In this document: one piece after another, positions 46,252-60,344 of the stretch | How the letters are laid out: each line of letters begins with the position of its first letter | How positions within the stretch are numbered: position 1 is the stretch's first letter | DNA from: Eledone cirrhosa | Taxonomy: Eukaryota | Direction: 5' to 3' | Length of the DNA: 64,000 nucleotides | Assembly (NCBI GenBank): GCA_964016885.1 | Contig: OZ024742.1 | Coordinates: forward strand, 326,554,001-326,618,000 | Notes under the pieces: model-generated | Databases searched by the model: none | Told to the model about the DNA's origin: nothing | The model's input: only the letters and a program-made list of their open reading frames with translations | Made by a program: the position numbers and the translations under genes

Positions 46252-46995
46252 TAATTTTGATTTCTATTTGCATATAATTATATTCTGCTATTGATAAAAT
46301 ACAATATCTGTTTTATTTATTATATACCTAATTAACATATACTATAGAAATAAATATATAATTTTTAATTTAGTTAACCTATAATTTATATTCTACTACC
46401 GATGTAATACTTATTTGTTTTTTTCCCTATTACTAAATTCATTTCCTAATATTGATACCATAACGTTATTAACTTTAATTTAGTTATACTATAATCAATA
46501 CTCTACTACTTTTTAACTTCAAAATTCTGCTTCAAATATTATAAACCTAACTAATTTACACCTTAGAAATCAATATGTTAACTATCTTTAGTTTAGTTAA
46601 CATATAATTAATGGTATACTTATTTATTTTGAAATGCATAAATTTTGCCTTATTTCTTGTTTATTGTATTTCCTAACACTGAAAATATGTAAAAACATAC
46701 ATTGGATCCAGATACGGATAATATTCTATGTTTCTTGAAACATATATTTACTATAATCCCCTTCTCCAACCCCCCCCCCTTTCCCCCATACTATTATCAT
46801 CTGTGTTTGTAAGTGTGTATGTATGAATATATATGTAGGTAGGTGTATATAAGTTTGGGTATTTATATCTGAATATAAAAATACATATATGCGCATGCAA
46901 ATAAGAATGTAAGATTGTGTGTGTATATATATGTGTGTATGTATGTGTATATGTGTATATATGCATGTGTATATATATGTGTATGTGTATGTGTG

Positions 46996-47072
<77 letters not shown>

Positions 47073-47337
47073 ATGTATGTATGTATATGTGTGTGTGTAT
47101 ATATATGTATGTCTCTCTATTTATATGTCTATCTTCGTATCTATGTGGATATATGTGTGTGTGTGCATGTATACACATATATGTGTTTATGTGTATATGT
47201 GTGTATGTGTATATATATGTGTGTTTGCACACACATATATATATATATGTGAGTGTGTATATGTGTGTGTGTATATGTATGTATATATATATATATACGT
47301 ATATATATATCTATGTGTGTATATGTGTCTATATTCG

Positions 47338-47404
<67 letters not shown>

Positions 47405-47629
47405 ATATATATATTATTTATTATTATAATATAACTTATGTGTATGTGTGTATATGTGAGGCTGTGTATATGTATATATATGTGTATATATATGTGTAAA
47501 AAAATATATATGTGCATGTCTGTTTTTTATGTGTGTGTGTATATATATATATGTGTATATATATGTATATGTGGGTGTTTGTATCTGTATTTATGGTTGT
47601 ATGTGTGTGTGGGTATATATATATAAGTG

Positions 47630-47674
<45 letters not shown>

Positions 47675-48011
47675 ATATATATCTCTATTAATGCGTGTAT
47701 ATATATATATATATGTATATGCCTTTTTCTTTGTATGTCTGAGTTGGGTGAGTGTGTATTGGTGTTTCTATGTATATACGCATATATGAATGCGTATGTA
47801 TTTATATATATGAGTATATGTAAGTGCGAGTGTATGTATGAATATTTATCTAATTCTATATATGAATATATATGTGTGTATGTAAGTTGTGTGTGTTTGT
47901 ATGTATATGTCTACGCGTGTATATATATATGTATGTATGTGTGTGTATGTATCTGTGTATGTGTATGTATGTACATATATGTCTATGTATGTGTGTATGT
48001 ATGTATATGTA

Positions 48012-48084
<73 letters not shown>

Positions 48085-48290
48085 TTATTTTATATATATG
48101 TGTGTGTGTGTATGTGTGTGTGTGTGTGTGTGTATATATATCTTTATATATGTGTATGTGTATGTTCGTGTAGGTGTATCTGTGTGTATGACTATATATG
48201 TATGTGTGTATGTATGTATGTGTATATATATCTATGTGTGTGTACATGTATGTATGTGTATGTATGTGTGTGTGTATGTATGTGTATGTG

Positions 48291-48365
<75 letters not shown>

Positions 48366-48666
48366 GTATATGTTTCTCTATTTGTATATGTATTTGTGTA
48401 TAGGTATATACCTTTTTCTTTGTATGTCTGAGTTGTGTGAGAGTGTAGTGGTGTTTGTATGTATATACCGATATATAGATGCGTAAGTATTTGTCTGTAT
48501 GTATGTATGTATGTCTGTATGTATTTGTGTGTATATATAGGTATGTATGTGTATATCTGTATGTATATAAGTATGTAAGTGTATGTATATGTGCGTGTAT
48601 GTGTGTATATATATGTGTGTCTATATAGTATGTGTGATTATATGTGTATGTATGTGTATGTATGTA

Positions 48667-48711
<45 letters not shown>

Positions 48712-48891
48712 ATTTATATGTATGTGTGTATATGTATGTATGTGTGTATATGTATATGTTTTTATATATGTGTGTGTATGTATGTTCTAAGTGTGGATGT
48801 GTGTATATCTATGTATGTGTTTGTATATGTGTATATATATATATGTATGTGTGTGTGTGTGTGTATGTATATGTGTATATATGTATGTATG

Positions 48892-48965
<74 letters not shown>

Positions 48966-49591
48966 CTTGATATATTTCTTTTTTCTTTTTTCTTTTTCTT
49001 TTCTTTCCTTTTATTGTTTATTTATTATTTATTATTTTTTATTTTCTTAGTTTATAGATACATCTATATTAAGCAGTCTGCCAAAACCGTTGAATACTGA
49101 CCTCTCCCCCCCTCCCACCTAATTTCTGTATCTTGATCTAAATGTGTGTGCCAGTGTTTATGTGAGTGAATTAATATCCATGTGCTTAGGATTTTATATC
49201 CACATATATATATGTGAGTGGGGGTGTGTGTGTGTTTGTATGTTCGTAGTTATGTGTATGTTTATGCATATACGCGCGTGTGTGTATGATTGTACGGATA
49301 TGTATGACTATGTGAATATGTATATACACTTATTTCATATTTATGTGTCTATACGCATCTTATCTGTGCATTATAAACTTACAGAGACATTAACCTTGAA
49401 ATTTTGTACTTGCATCCATCCTTTTGATATGCGTATACAAGTTGTACATACATTTTTGTAAAATATGTGTAAGGGTAGTTACATGTATATACACACACTG
49501 AACTGCATTAAACCTTTTGTATTTTCATTGGTCAATTTTGTTCCCAAACGGACCTGAAATTTTGAATTGTTGTTATTATCAATAAATATAT

Positions 49592-49747
49592 TTCATTATT
49601 TCTGAAGACGGCGTATATATGTGTTGGTATGTATATTTAATCTTGATAGTTTGTATAATTTTGTATAATTTTGTACATAGATCTGTTGAATATGCATGCC
49701 AATTCTAACACATATATATCCTAGAAACGATCGTTTTAAATAATGAA
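49592..49747 (+). ncRNA. Hammerhead family C, 3' copy with two extra T at the cleavage site
   Basis: GAAA-cgatcg-TTTT-aaataatgaa, versus TT in the 40780 copy. Confidence 0.75.
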
Positions 49748-49801
49748 CTTTTTTTGTTTAATATAAGGAACTGTTTTCATTGTTTATTCATTATTTGTTT
49801 A

Positions 49802-49867
<66 letters not shown>

Positions 49868-49928
49868 CACACACATACACATACACATACATATACATAT
49901 ATATACATATATAAACACACATATATAC

Positions 49929-49959
<31 letters not shown>

Positions 49960-50110
49960 TATACACACATATATACACATACACATACATATATATATAT
50001 ATATACATACATATACACACATATATATAAATATATATACACACACATACATATACATACATATACACACACACACACATACACACATATACATATATAC
50101 ACATACAAAT

Positions 50111-50188
<78 letters not shown>

Positions 50189-50207
50189 CTGCCCACACAA
50201 CATATAC

Positions 50208-50257
<50 letters not shown>

Positions 50258-50269
50258 GCACACACAAAC

Positions 50270-50328
<59 letters not shown>

Positions 50329-50459
50329 CATATATATACACACACATACATATACACATATATATACATATACACACACATACATACACACATACACATA
50401 CATATACATAAACATACATACATACATACACATACATACATACATACATACACATACAT

Positions 50460-50504
<45 letters not shown>

Positions 50505-50600
50505 CACATACACAAACATATACATACATATACATACATAAATATACACACTTAAAACACATATACACACAAACATATATATATATACATATGTATACAT

Positions 50601-50697
<97 letters not shown>

Positions 50698-50916
50698 TAC
50701 ACACACACACATATACAAACAAATATATACACATACAAGTAAATAGGTACTCAATAAATATACGCATATACGCAGGCACATAAAGACACCTCTACAGGCA
50801 GAAAATGTAGATACGAAAGAGGTACTCACATAACCATAGTGGCCGTATTACAGGTTGAGGAGGGGTGGGGGGTAGGGTGGGGAGGAGGTATAGGGGCCAA
50901 TAGGGGGAGGTCGTTT

Positions 50917-51466
50917 TTAGCCATCGGGCTTTAACACTGGCTTAAAGTGTTTGAATGTTGCAAAGTTCTTGTGCATGCAGTTCGGGCAGTGTTCAGAGAG
51001 TTTGTTCAGTAGCGGGCCCTTGGCGAATAAAATTTCGTAGCTCTCTGAAATACAAAGGTCGCAGCCCTTGTGTCCTCCGTTGTAAGAGCGCGCTTTCTGG
51101 AGTATTTTCCAATTAAGCGTGAAGGGGGTGGAGTTCCTTTTGAGGTCCCAAACGTAGGAGGCGAGTGTTGTCTGATTTGATTTATCCGGTCTCCTGAAGG
51201 AGTGGGTATGGGCATACCAACGGGTCTTAAAGTTGTTGGAGGTCATGCCGATGTAAGTTTTTTTGCAATCCTCGGTGCCTGAGATGACATCGCATTTGTA
51301 TACGATGTCATTTGTGAGGCATTTGTTTTCTAGTGGGCATGCTTCCTTATTTAGGCAATTACATAGAGCCCCAGTCCGGGGATTGGTTTCGGAGGTGGTT
51401 GGCTTATTTAGTTTAGAGTTGTGGTTGGCTATATTCCTAGCTAGGTTAGGTGTGGTGGAGTAAGAC
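50917..51466 (-). pseudogene. Naiad-type linker + GIY-YIG endonuclease fragment
   Basis: SYSTTPN..CNCLNKEACPLENKCL..VYKC..YIGMTSNNFKTRWYAH..CDLCISE..LLNK..CMH. Confidence 0.9.
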
Positions 51467-51467
51467 A

Positions 51468-51738
51468 GGATAAATCAAATCAGACAACACTCGCCTCCTA
51501 CGTTTGGGACCTCAAAAGGAACTCCACCCCCTTCACGCTTAATTGGAAAATACTCCAGAAAGCGCGCTCTTACAACGGAGGACACAAGGGCTGCGACCTT
51601 TGTATTTCAGAGAGCTACGAAATTTTATTCGCCAAGGGCCCGCTACTGAACAAACTCTCTGAACACTGCCCGAACTGCATGCACAAGAACTTTGCAACAT
51701 TCAAACACTTTAAGCCAGTGTTAAAGCCCGATGGCTAA
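51468..51738 (+). pseudogene. Inverted duplicate of the endonuclease C-terminus
   Basis: Reverse complement of 50917-51187. Confidence 0.9.
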
Positions 51739-51956
51739 AAACGACCTCCCCCTATTGGCCCCTATACCTCCTCCCCACCCTACCCCCACCCCTCCTCAAC
51801 CTGTAATACGGCCACTATGGTTATGTGAGTACCTCTTTCGTATCTACATTTTCTGCCTGTAGAGGTGTCTTTATGTGCCTGCGTATATGCGTATATTTAT
51901 TGAGTACCTATTTACTTGTATGTGTATATATTTGTTTGTATATGTGTGTGTGTGTA

Positions 51957-52027
<71 letters not shown>

Positions 52028-52123
52028 ATGTATACATATGTATATATATATATGTTTGTGTGTATATGTGTTTTATGTGTGTATATTTATGTATGTATAT
52101 GTATGTATATGTTTGTGTATGTG

Positions 52124-52176
<53 letters not shown>

Positions 52177-52329
52177 ATGTATGTGTATGTATGTATGTAT
52201 GTATGTATGTGTATGTATGTATGTATGTTTATGTATATGTATGTGTATGTGTGTATGTATGTGTGTGTATATGTATATATATGTGTATATGTATGTGTGT
52301 GTATATATATGTATATATATATATATATA

Positions 52330-52360
<31 letters not shown>

Positions 52361-52413
52361 GTATATGTGTATATATATGTATGTGTGTATATATGTGTGT
52401 ATATATGTATATA

Positions 52414-52480
<67 letters not shown>

Positions 52481-52496
52481 GTATGTATGTGTGTGC

Positions 52497-52560
<64 letters not shown>

Positions 52561-52709
52561 ATTTGTATGTGTATATATGTATATGTGTGTATGTGTGTGT
52601 GTGTATATGTATGTATATGTATGTGTGTGTATATATATTTATATATATGTGTGTATATGTATGTATATATATATATATATGTATGTGTATGTGTATATAT
52701 GTGTGTATA

Positions 52710-52752
<43 letters not shown>

Positions 52753-52805
52753 GTGTGTTTATATATGTATATATATGTATATGTATGTGTATGTGTATGT
52801 GTGTG

Positions 52806-52860
<55 letters not shown>

Positions 52861-52992
52861 ATGTGTGTATATATATATATATGTGTGTATATATATGTGT
52901 ATATGTATGTGTCTGTGTATGTGTATGTCTGTATGTATATATATATGTGTGTATGTGTGTGTATGTGTGTATATATATATATATATGTGTAT

Positions 52993-53026
<34 letters not shown>

Positions 53027-53181
53027 GTGTATATATGTATATATATATATATGTGTGTGTGTATATATGTATATATATGTGTATGTGTATATATATATAT
53101 ATATATGTGCGTGAGAGAGAGAGTGTGTATATATATTTTGTGTGTGGGTGTGTGTATGTGTGCATGCGCGTGTGTGTATAT

Positions 53182-53215
<34 letters not shown>

Positions 53216-53220
53216 GTATG

Positions 53221-53282
<62 letters not shown>

Positions 53283-53425
53283 TGTATATATGTATATGTG
53301 TGTGTATATATGCGTTATATGTCTGTATATATATGTGTATATTTATGTATAGGTCTGTGTATGTATGTGTATGTTTGTATATTTATGGATATATATATAT
53401 ATATGTATATGTATATATATATATG

Positions 53426-53490
<65 letters not shown>

Positions 53491-54358
53491 ATATGTGTGT
53501 ATGTATGGATATTTATACATATGTATACTCGTGTTTGTATGTATGAGTGTGAGTATTTATTTGTGTATATATGTGTGTGTGTGTGTATGTATGTGTATGT
53601 GTGTGTGTATCTGTGTGTGTGTATATATATATATATATCTATATATATATATGTGTGCGTGTGTGTATGTGTGTATATATATATATGTATATGTATTGTA
53701 TGTGTATGTATGTATGTATGTGTGTATGTTTGTGTGTGTACATGAATATATATTTATATATATTTATATATTTTTATATATGTGTGTGTGTTTTTTTATG
53801 TGTGTATATGTGTTTGTGTGTGTGTTTATGGTTGCGCGTAAGTGTGTGAGTGAGTATGTGTTTTTTTGTTTTTTTGTTTTTTTGTTTTTTTGTGAATGTG
53901 TCTGTTGATTTTTGGCATATAGTTGATTAGTTTAAGAGAAGTTCGAAGATAATAGTAAGATATGCACTCAGTATTTTGAATCTGTCTGCAGAATTCTCTA
54001 GACCTCTGTCACTTAGTAGAACCTTAATGACTTTAGCTTTTAAAGAATCTCCCTTTTCTTTAATTCTATCGACCATGACTGACCCCCCACTGATTTTATA
54101 GACATCTGTTAGCTTAAGAGAAACTTATTGACAAGGAATGGTATGCCATCCGGAACCTGTTTATAGAATTCTGTCTGCCTTTGTTACTCTAAAAACATAA
54201 ATAAATATAAATAAAAATAAAAATAAACTATAGCTTTGTAGAATTAGCTTTTAATGAATTCCCTTTTCTATCAACCAATGACCTGCACCCATCCCACTCC
54301 CCACCCTCTCCTACCACTTGTAGAGACCTATAAATACCATATTTATTTTTTGATACCC

Positions 54359-54409
54359 AGATTCCTGATGATTTCTAATGAATGAAACAGTTCTAGTCCT
54401 GTAGAATCT
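54359..54409 (+). ncRNA. Hammerhead family B
   Basis: agattc-CTGATGA-t ttc taat gaa t-GAAA-cag ttctagtc ctg-TA-gaatct. Confidence 0.82.
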
Positions 54410-54492
54410 CATCTATATTAAAACTGTTATACTCTGCTATGTATTGAGTACCTTACTTACTGTGGTTACCTCCGATTCAACCCGGAATAACG

Positions 54493-54539
<47 letters not shown>

Positions 54540-54556
54540 GTGTGTATATATATATG

Positions 54557-54664
<108 letters not shown>

Positions 54665-54665
54665 A

Positions 54666-55018
<353 letters not shown>

Positions 55019-55032
55019 CATATATAGAGAGA

Positions 55033-55825
55033 GAGAGAATTAGTACATCTACCAACATATGTGTACAGATGTACACCCATGCTAGCAAATATATATGTTA
55101 TGACTTAGTACCTTTGTGGTTCTATGCAGGGGGATGCAGAACAATTATATGAAAGACGTAAAATAAGAAAATTTTAAAAATTAAAAATCAACTTACTAAA
55201 ATGTTCACTCCAACTAATTAGTTTCTGTAAGGGGATAAATATAGTTACGTAATATAACTATAGAGAATTCCTTACGTCATCAGGGAGTCTATTCTCAGCT
55301 AAGTTCCCAGGCGATGCGCGGACACTAGGAACCCATATAAAAATAATAATTCAGTGGATGGAATAAAGCTAGCGAGGACTAAATTCCAGAGCACTGAAAA
55401 AATTCATTGCCTCTGGTAAGTGGCAGATTCTAAAGAATCAATCACGTGACACTGAGGTTAATCAGTTAGGAGCGGGGTGGTATTATGACAAGCGCCTACT
55501 ACTACCATGAATCAGCAGTAAATTTTGGCAAGTTTTGCTTAACAAATAATTTGGAGATAAGTATAGAGAATTAATACATCTACCAACATATGTGTACAGA
55601 TGTACACCCATGCTAGCAAATATATATGTTATGTCTTAGTACCTTTGTGGTTCTATGTAGGGGGATGCAGAACAATTATATGAAAGACATAAAATAAGAA
55701 AATTTTAAAAATTAAAAATCAACTTACTTCCTAAAATTTTTACTCCGCGCATCGCCTGGGAACTTAGCTGAGAATAGACTCCCTGATAACGTAAGGAATT
55801 CTCTATAGTTATATTACGTAACTAT
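55033..55825 (-). mobile_element. ORF-less PLE derivative (family D): direct ~165-bp repeats plus a short inverted arm
   Basis: 55033-55197 is repeated at 55565-55728; 55746-55825 is inverted to 55241-55321. Confidence 0.75.
55207..55288 (-). ncRNA. Hammerhead family D
   Basis: actcc-CTGATGA-c gtaagg..tatagtta/taactata..ccttac a-GAAA-ctaattag-TT-ggagt. Confidence 0.88.
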
Positions 55826-55864
55826 GTTTCGGCGAAGTCCAAGGCGGCAGTAAGTAGCGGTAAG

Positions 55865-57265
55865 GTGATTGCTTGCTACTATGCTTCAATCACCTTACCG
55901 CTACTTACTGCCGCCTTGGACTTCGCCGAAACACTTGTGCCCATCACCGACCAGGAAAGAAAAATCATCCTCCACGCCAGGAAGACAGTCTTACTCTTTG
56001 ACGACTCTAAATGGATAAAAAGAGCTCCCGACTCACCCTTCGACGTCAGCATGGGCGCCACGGATTCGGCGGAGGTCACAGATCTTATAGGATTATTCCT
56101 AATAGCCAAACTCACTGATAGGTTTCCTGCATTCGGTGGTGGATTGTACCGTGATGATGGGCTCCTTACCCTTAAAGGGTACAACCCCAGTAGTACAGTT
56201 CGGGTCCGGAAACAATTAATCAGATTCTTCCGCGACTGGGGATTTAAAATAACCCTACAAACGTCCCTGACCAGAGTAAACTTCCTGGACGTGACCCTCG
56301 ACCTCGAAAACGACCTGTACTACCCATACAGGAAACCTAATGACAATCTGCACTACATCCACCGCCGATCAAACCATCCTAGGAACATCACGAACAACCT
56401 GGTCAAAAACATCTCCCTCCGCATATCCCGTTTGTCAGCTAATGAGCGGATATTCGATGAACATGCGCCTTATTACAACCAGGCCCTCAAGCGGAGTGGT
56501 TTCCGGGAGGAAATATCCTACTGTCCAGCTCCCACTAGCGGAACCAGCAGGAGACACCGCCGCTCACGCAATGTAACATGGTTCAATCCTCCCCACAACG
56601 CAGAGGTGACAACTCCCATCGGGAAACTATTCTTTAGGCTCATTGAAAAACACTTCCCATTACAACACCGCTACCACAACATAATTAACAAAAATACCAT
56701 CAAACTCTCTTACAGCACTACACCAAACTTCGCACAAAACATCGTCTCCTCTAACAACAAAAAACTCAACCCCGATGGCAGAAATAACCTAAATAGCAGT
56801 GGAGAACCGACCAGGAGGTGTAACTGCCCGGATAGATCTATTTGCCCACTCGACAATAGATGCAGAGACCGTAATGTGATCTACCAGTGCAACGTGAGGA
56901 CGGATACCTCCAACAAAGCCTATATAGGACTTACCGCATGTGACTTCAAGACCCGGCTATACCAACATAGACATACCTTCCGAAACCCGGCCCGGCGTCA
57001 CGCCACTACACTTTCGGGCCACATATGGGACCTCAAGGACAACAACATCACCTATGATCTCACTTGGAGATTACTGTCCAGAGCCAATTCTTACACGGGA
57101 GGACGCCGTCCGTGCAATTTATGCTCGGAGGAAACTTTACAAATGCTGTTTTCGACGGACCAACTCCTAAACAAGAAAGATGAACTGGTTACTGCATGTA
57201 AACATAGATTGCGTAGGACTTACCTCGCCCTCAAACCCCATAATGACCCCGGGGGGGTAGACTAG
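55865..57265 (+). CDS. Naiad-type RT + GIY-YIG endonuclease, open but 5'-truncated
   Basis: FDVSMGATDSAEVTDLIG, GLYRDDG, VNFLDVTLDL, SNHP, WFNPP, CNCPDRSICPL, IYQC..YIG, CNLCSEE, LLNKKDE..CKH. Confidence 0.93.
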   Translation: MIACYYASITLPLLTAALDFAETLVPITDQERKIILHARKTVLLFDDSKWIKRAPDSPFDVSMGATDSAEVTDLIGLFLIAKLTDRFPAFGGGLYRDDGLLTLKGYNPSSTVRVRKQLIRFFRDWGFKITLQTSLTRVNFLDVTLDLENDLYYPYRKPNDNLHYIHRRSNHPRNITNNLVKNISLRISRLSANERIFDEHAPYYNQALKRSGFREEISYCPAPTSGTSRRHRRSRNVTWFNPPHNAEVTTPIGKLFFRLIEKHFPLQHRYHNIINKNTIKLSYSTTPNFAQNIVSSNNKKLNPDGRNNLNSSGEPTRRCNCPDRSICPLDNRCRDRNVIYQCNVRTDTSNKAYIGLTACDFKTRLYQHRHTFRNPARRHATTLSGHIWDLKDNNITYDLTWRLLSRANSYTGGRRPCNLCSEETLQMLFSTDQLLNKKDELVTACKHRLRRTYLALKPHNDPGGVD

Positions 57266-58386
57266 GGCTATAACACCCCACTTGCCGATTTTGCAATGGG
57301 TAACCCCTGCTTGCCAAGGGAGACGTAAGATCTTCTTTGTATTCTTTTATCGCTTCCTTTATTTCCTTCCTTCCCCCCTCTCTCCTTAGTCCTTCTACCC
57401 CAGCTCTTCTTTGTCGGCGTCTTTTCTCGCCCACCCGAGGCTGCCCTTTGGCCCCTTGTAGCCTTAGTACCCCACCCCCTCCCCTAGTCTAGGATAGATT
57501 TGGCGGACTCCGCCCTTTATAGCAGTTGGTTTAGACCCCGGATACTTGTCCCCTTTTTCCGACCGCTCCCACTATTCTCTGTGCCCTCTATATTTCTTAG
57601 TGGCACTTATGCCTTATTTTTTCGTTTCAGTATTTCTTTCTTCGCTTTTCTTTTGGGCGGGGTGGATTCTGAATTTATTCTTCCGTATTCTACCTTTACT
57701 TCGTACGAACTTTCATGTAGCTTGTTTTAGATCTTTTAGAGTTAGCATTAGTATATATTTTTCTCGGGACTCAGAATTATTATCTCGTATTAGTTCACTT
57801 TGCTGCACTGGGTGGTTGCTGGAATTGTGCCCGGGATGGAAACCTTTATTGTTTATTTCGTGGTAGTCTCTTTAGTATTTTGGCCCCTTTTGTTGACCCG
57901 TCACCGTATCATTTACGTACTTATACCTCTTAAAAGGGTCCTCGCCTATTCTGTCCCACCTAGTTCTTTTACTTATTTCGTTATTTCTTTATTTCTTTCT
58001 TTACTTCTTTCTTTCTTTATTTATTTATTTATTCTAGACTAACAATAGCTAGAGACCTAGGTCGTAGAATTTAATTTACTTTACTTTTTTCTTTACACTC
58101 ATTTGTTTTTCTTTACACTTATTTGCTTTTCTTCACTCTCAGTATTTTTATTTCTACCCCCCATTGTTCTACCTACCGTTCCGACTTCCTCCCCCCCCCC
58201 CCCCTCCCCTGTATATTCTTTGACCTCATGCCCAGCTGTAGCTGGCACTACAAACGCTTGATTGCGGCTACTCCACCCCCTCCCCTCTTTCTCCTACTGG
58301 CAGGTTTAGCCACCATCTCCCCTACTAATTTGCAACCACAGAATTACAACTGATTTTTGACAATCACTTTGACCATATATGGAATT

Positions 58387-58480
58387 ACCCCTTGAGAAGA
58401 TCGGCTATTTAAATACCAGGATAAATTTTCATTTGGTCCAGAATTAGCCGTCGAAACGGCTTGAGCTCAGCTGTCGGGGT
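58387..58480 (+). ncRNA. Hammerhead family E, U3-A8 core, GUC site
   Basis: acccc-TTGAGAA-gatcggcta...tagccgtc-GAAA-cggc ttgagctca gctg-TC-ggggt. Confidence 0.88.
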
Positions 58481-58639
58481 CTTACTGGTTCCTATTACCC
58501 ACTCTACTACCTCAAGTATTGAGTACTTTGGTGCGTTATGGTCCACCTGGTTCCTTACCACATTTCCTTCGTTATGTATATATATATGTATATATATATG
58601 TAAATATATATATAGGTATATATATATATGTATATAAAC

Positions 58640-59488
58640 ATGGTAGTAAAAACTCCCCCACAGTCAGGAATTAGAGAAAAACACCATGGAAAGCATCCAG
58701 CAAATAGCTAACTCCATCCACCAAAGTACTATAGACTACCCAGGAAAACAACCCAACCATCGATTACCTGTACTAGACACAGAGCTCTGGTTAGATACCA
58801 TTAATAACAAAAAACAAATCCTCCATTCCCATTATGCCAAACCCATGACTTCCAAATATCTGATCCACCGAAACTCAGCTGTTTCGGACCATACCAAAAT
58901 CAACATACTGATTGCGGATTTGGTACGGGTGATGAGAAACGTGTTCCGCATGTGCAACCCCAAAGAACTAGAAAAACACATAAAACACTTCATCCACCGT
59001 ATGCAATTCTCTGGTTACAATCAGAGAGATAAGATCACAGTATAAAGAGGAGCCAGAACCAAATGGGAAAAAATGGTAAATAATGATACAAATAGGACCT
59101 GCCCCTTGTACAGGAGCAAATTCTGGAATAGAATGGAAAGAACTAGGAATAAGGTTAATAGAATAAACTCATGGTATGATAGCAATAAATACCGGAGTGT
59201 AATGTTCATCGATACAACCCCTAGAGGTGAATTAGCTTATAAATTTAGAAGGGCCCTGGATAAACATAAACTCAATATTAAGATAGTAGAAAGACCAGGT
59301 ATCTCCATAAAAACAATTATTAGCAATACATACCCTTTTCAAAGACCTCCCTGTATAGATAAGAAATGTATAATCTGTAAACTAAGCCCCCATATTAACT
59401 GTAAAACTAGAAATGTAGTATACAGCATAAGATGTACTGAAGGACAATGTAGAGATAAGAATATAGTGTACATAGGTGAGACAGCTCG

Positions 59489-59489
<1 letters not shown>
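58640..59489 (+). pseudogene. Internal fragment of another PLE type (thumb, Zn linker, start of GIY-YIG)
   Basis: LPVLD, HYAKPM..IHRNSA..K, MQFSGY, PCIDKKCIIC..CKTRNVVYSIRC..YIGETAR; one frameshift; TA on both sides. Confidence 0.85.
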
Positions 59490-59521
<32 letters not shown>

Positions 59522-59678
59522 TGTTATACTTTGGGAGGGTCATGTTGCCAATAAGAAACACACGCACCAGTTGTTTCACTTCAATTTATTATAATAAATT
59601 TATAAACTTAGGAATTTATAAATTTATAAATTTCTGGTTGGTTGGTTGGTTCCACAACCAGATAGTTGTTTATATATT

Positions 59679-59721
59679 GTCAAAGTTCTTTCGTCACACA
59701 TTCTGTGACCTCTTCAGTGAC
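59679..59721 (-). ncRNA. Minimal hammerhead with an extra G after A9 (solo terminus 59520-59928)
   Basis: gtca-CTGAAGA-g-gtcaca gaatg tgtgac-GAAA-gaac-TT-tgac. Confidence 0.7.
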
Positions 59722-59926
59722 TGGGGATTCTTTTCTTTGTTTTTGTGCCTCTCCTTTGTTCTGTCCTACGCCATTTTGTTTCTGTGTCACATTTATCAAA
59801 TATTTCCTCATAGGAGCTTTTTAATCTTATAGCCTGGTCTAATTGATTTTAAATGTGGTTAATTATGCTAATTGGGAGAGGAAATAGTGTTTATATTTTA
59901 TCAAATGATTCTATGGACATACTTTA

Positions 59927-60098
<172 letters not shown>

Positions 60099-60344
60099 AT
60101 ATATATATATGTATATGTGTGTATATATATATGTATATATATATATTTCGTTTCTGAATTTGTTTAGCAACATTCTTTATCTGAAAACATATATAAATAC
60201 CTATACATATATATATGTGTGTGTGTGTGTGTGTGTTTGTGTATATAGGCATATGTACATATATACATGTTTCTATATGCGTATATCTATATCTATATAT
60301 ATATATATATTGTGATACTTTGAGAGTGTCCTACACCATCTTGG

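Larger units (their letters stand above)
40583..49810 (+). mobile_element. Nested 5'-truncated Naiad-type PLE (family C) with ~3.1-kb inverted pLTR
   Basis: 40717-43777 is the reverse complement of 46680-49810; the ORF lies between them. Confidence 0.9.
39005..54492. mobile_element. Outer truncated Naiad-type PLE (family B) with ~3-kb inverted arms; left arm interrupted by a nested PLE
   Basis: 51468-54425 is the reverse complement of 49811-51187 joined to 39005-40582. Confidence 0.88.
55825..58573 (+). mobile_element. 5'-truncated Naiad-type PLE (family E) with a 47-bp fold-back at its 5' end
   Basis: Hairpin arms 55825-55871 / 55887-55933, ORF, 1.3-kb CT-rich 3' UTR, HHR, then TA. Confidence 0.92.

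Noticed and set aside
39005-54492. Long-read fold-back artefact explaining the big palindromes
   Set aside because: Arms carry substitutions, asymmetric extensions and a one-sided 9-kb insertion; read confirmation is still advisable.
55778-55825. Plus-strand copy of the family D hammerhead
   Set aside because: Core mutated to CTGATAA and truncated before GAAA.
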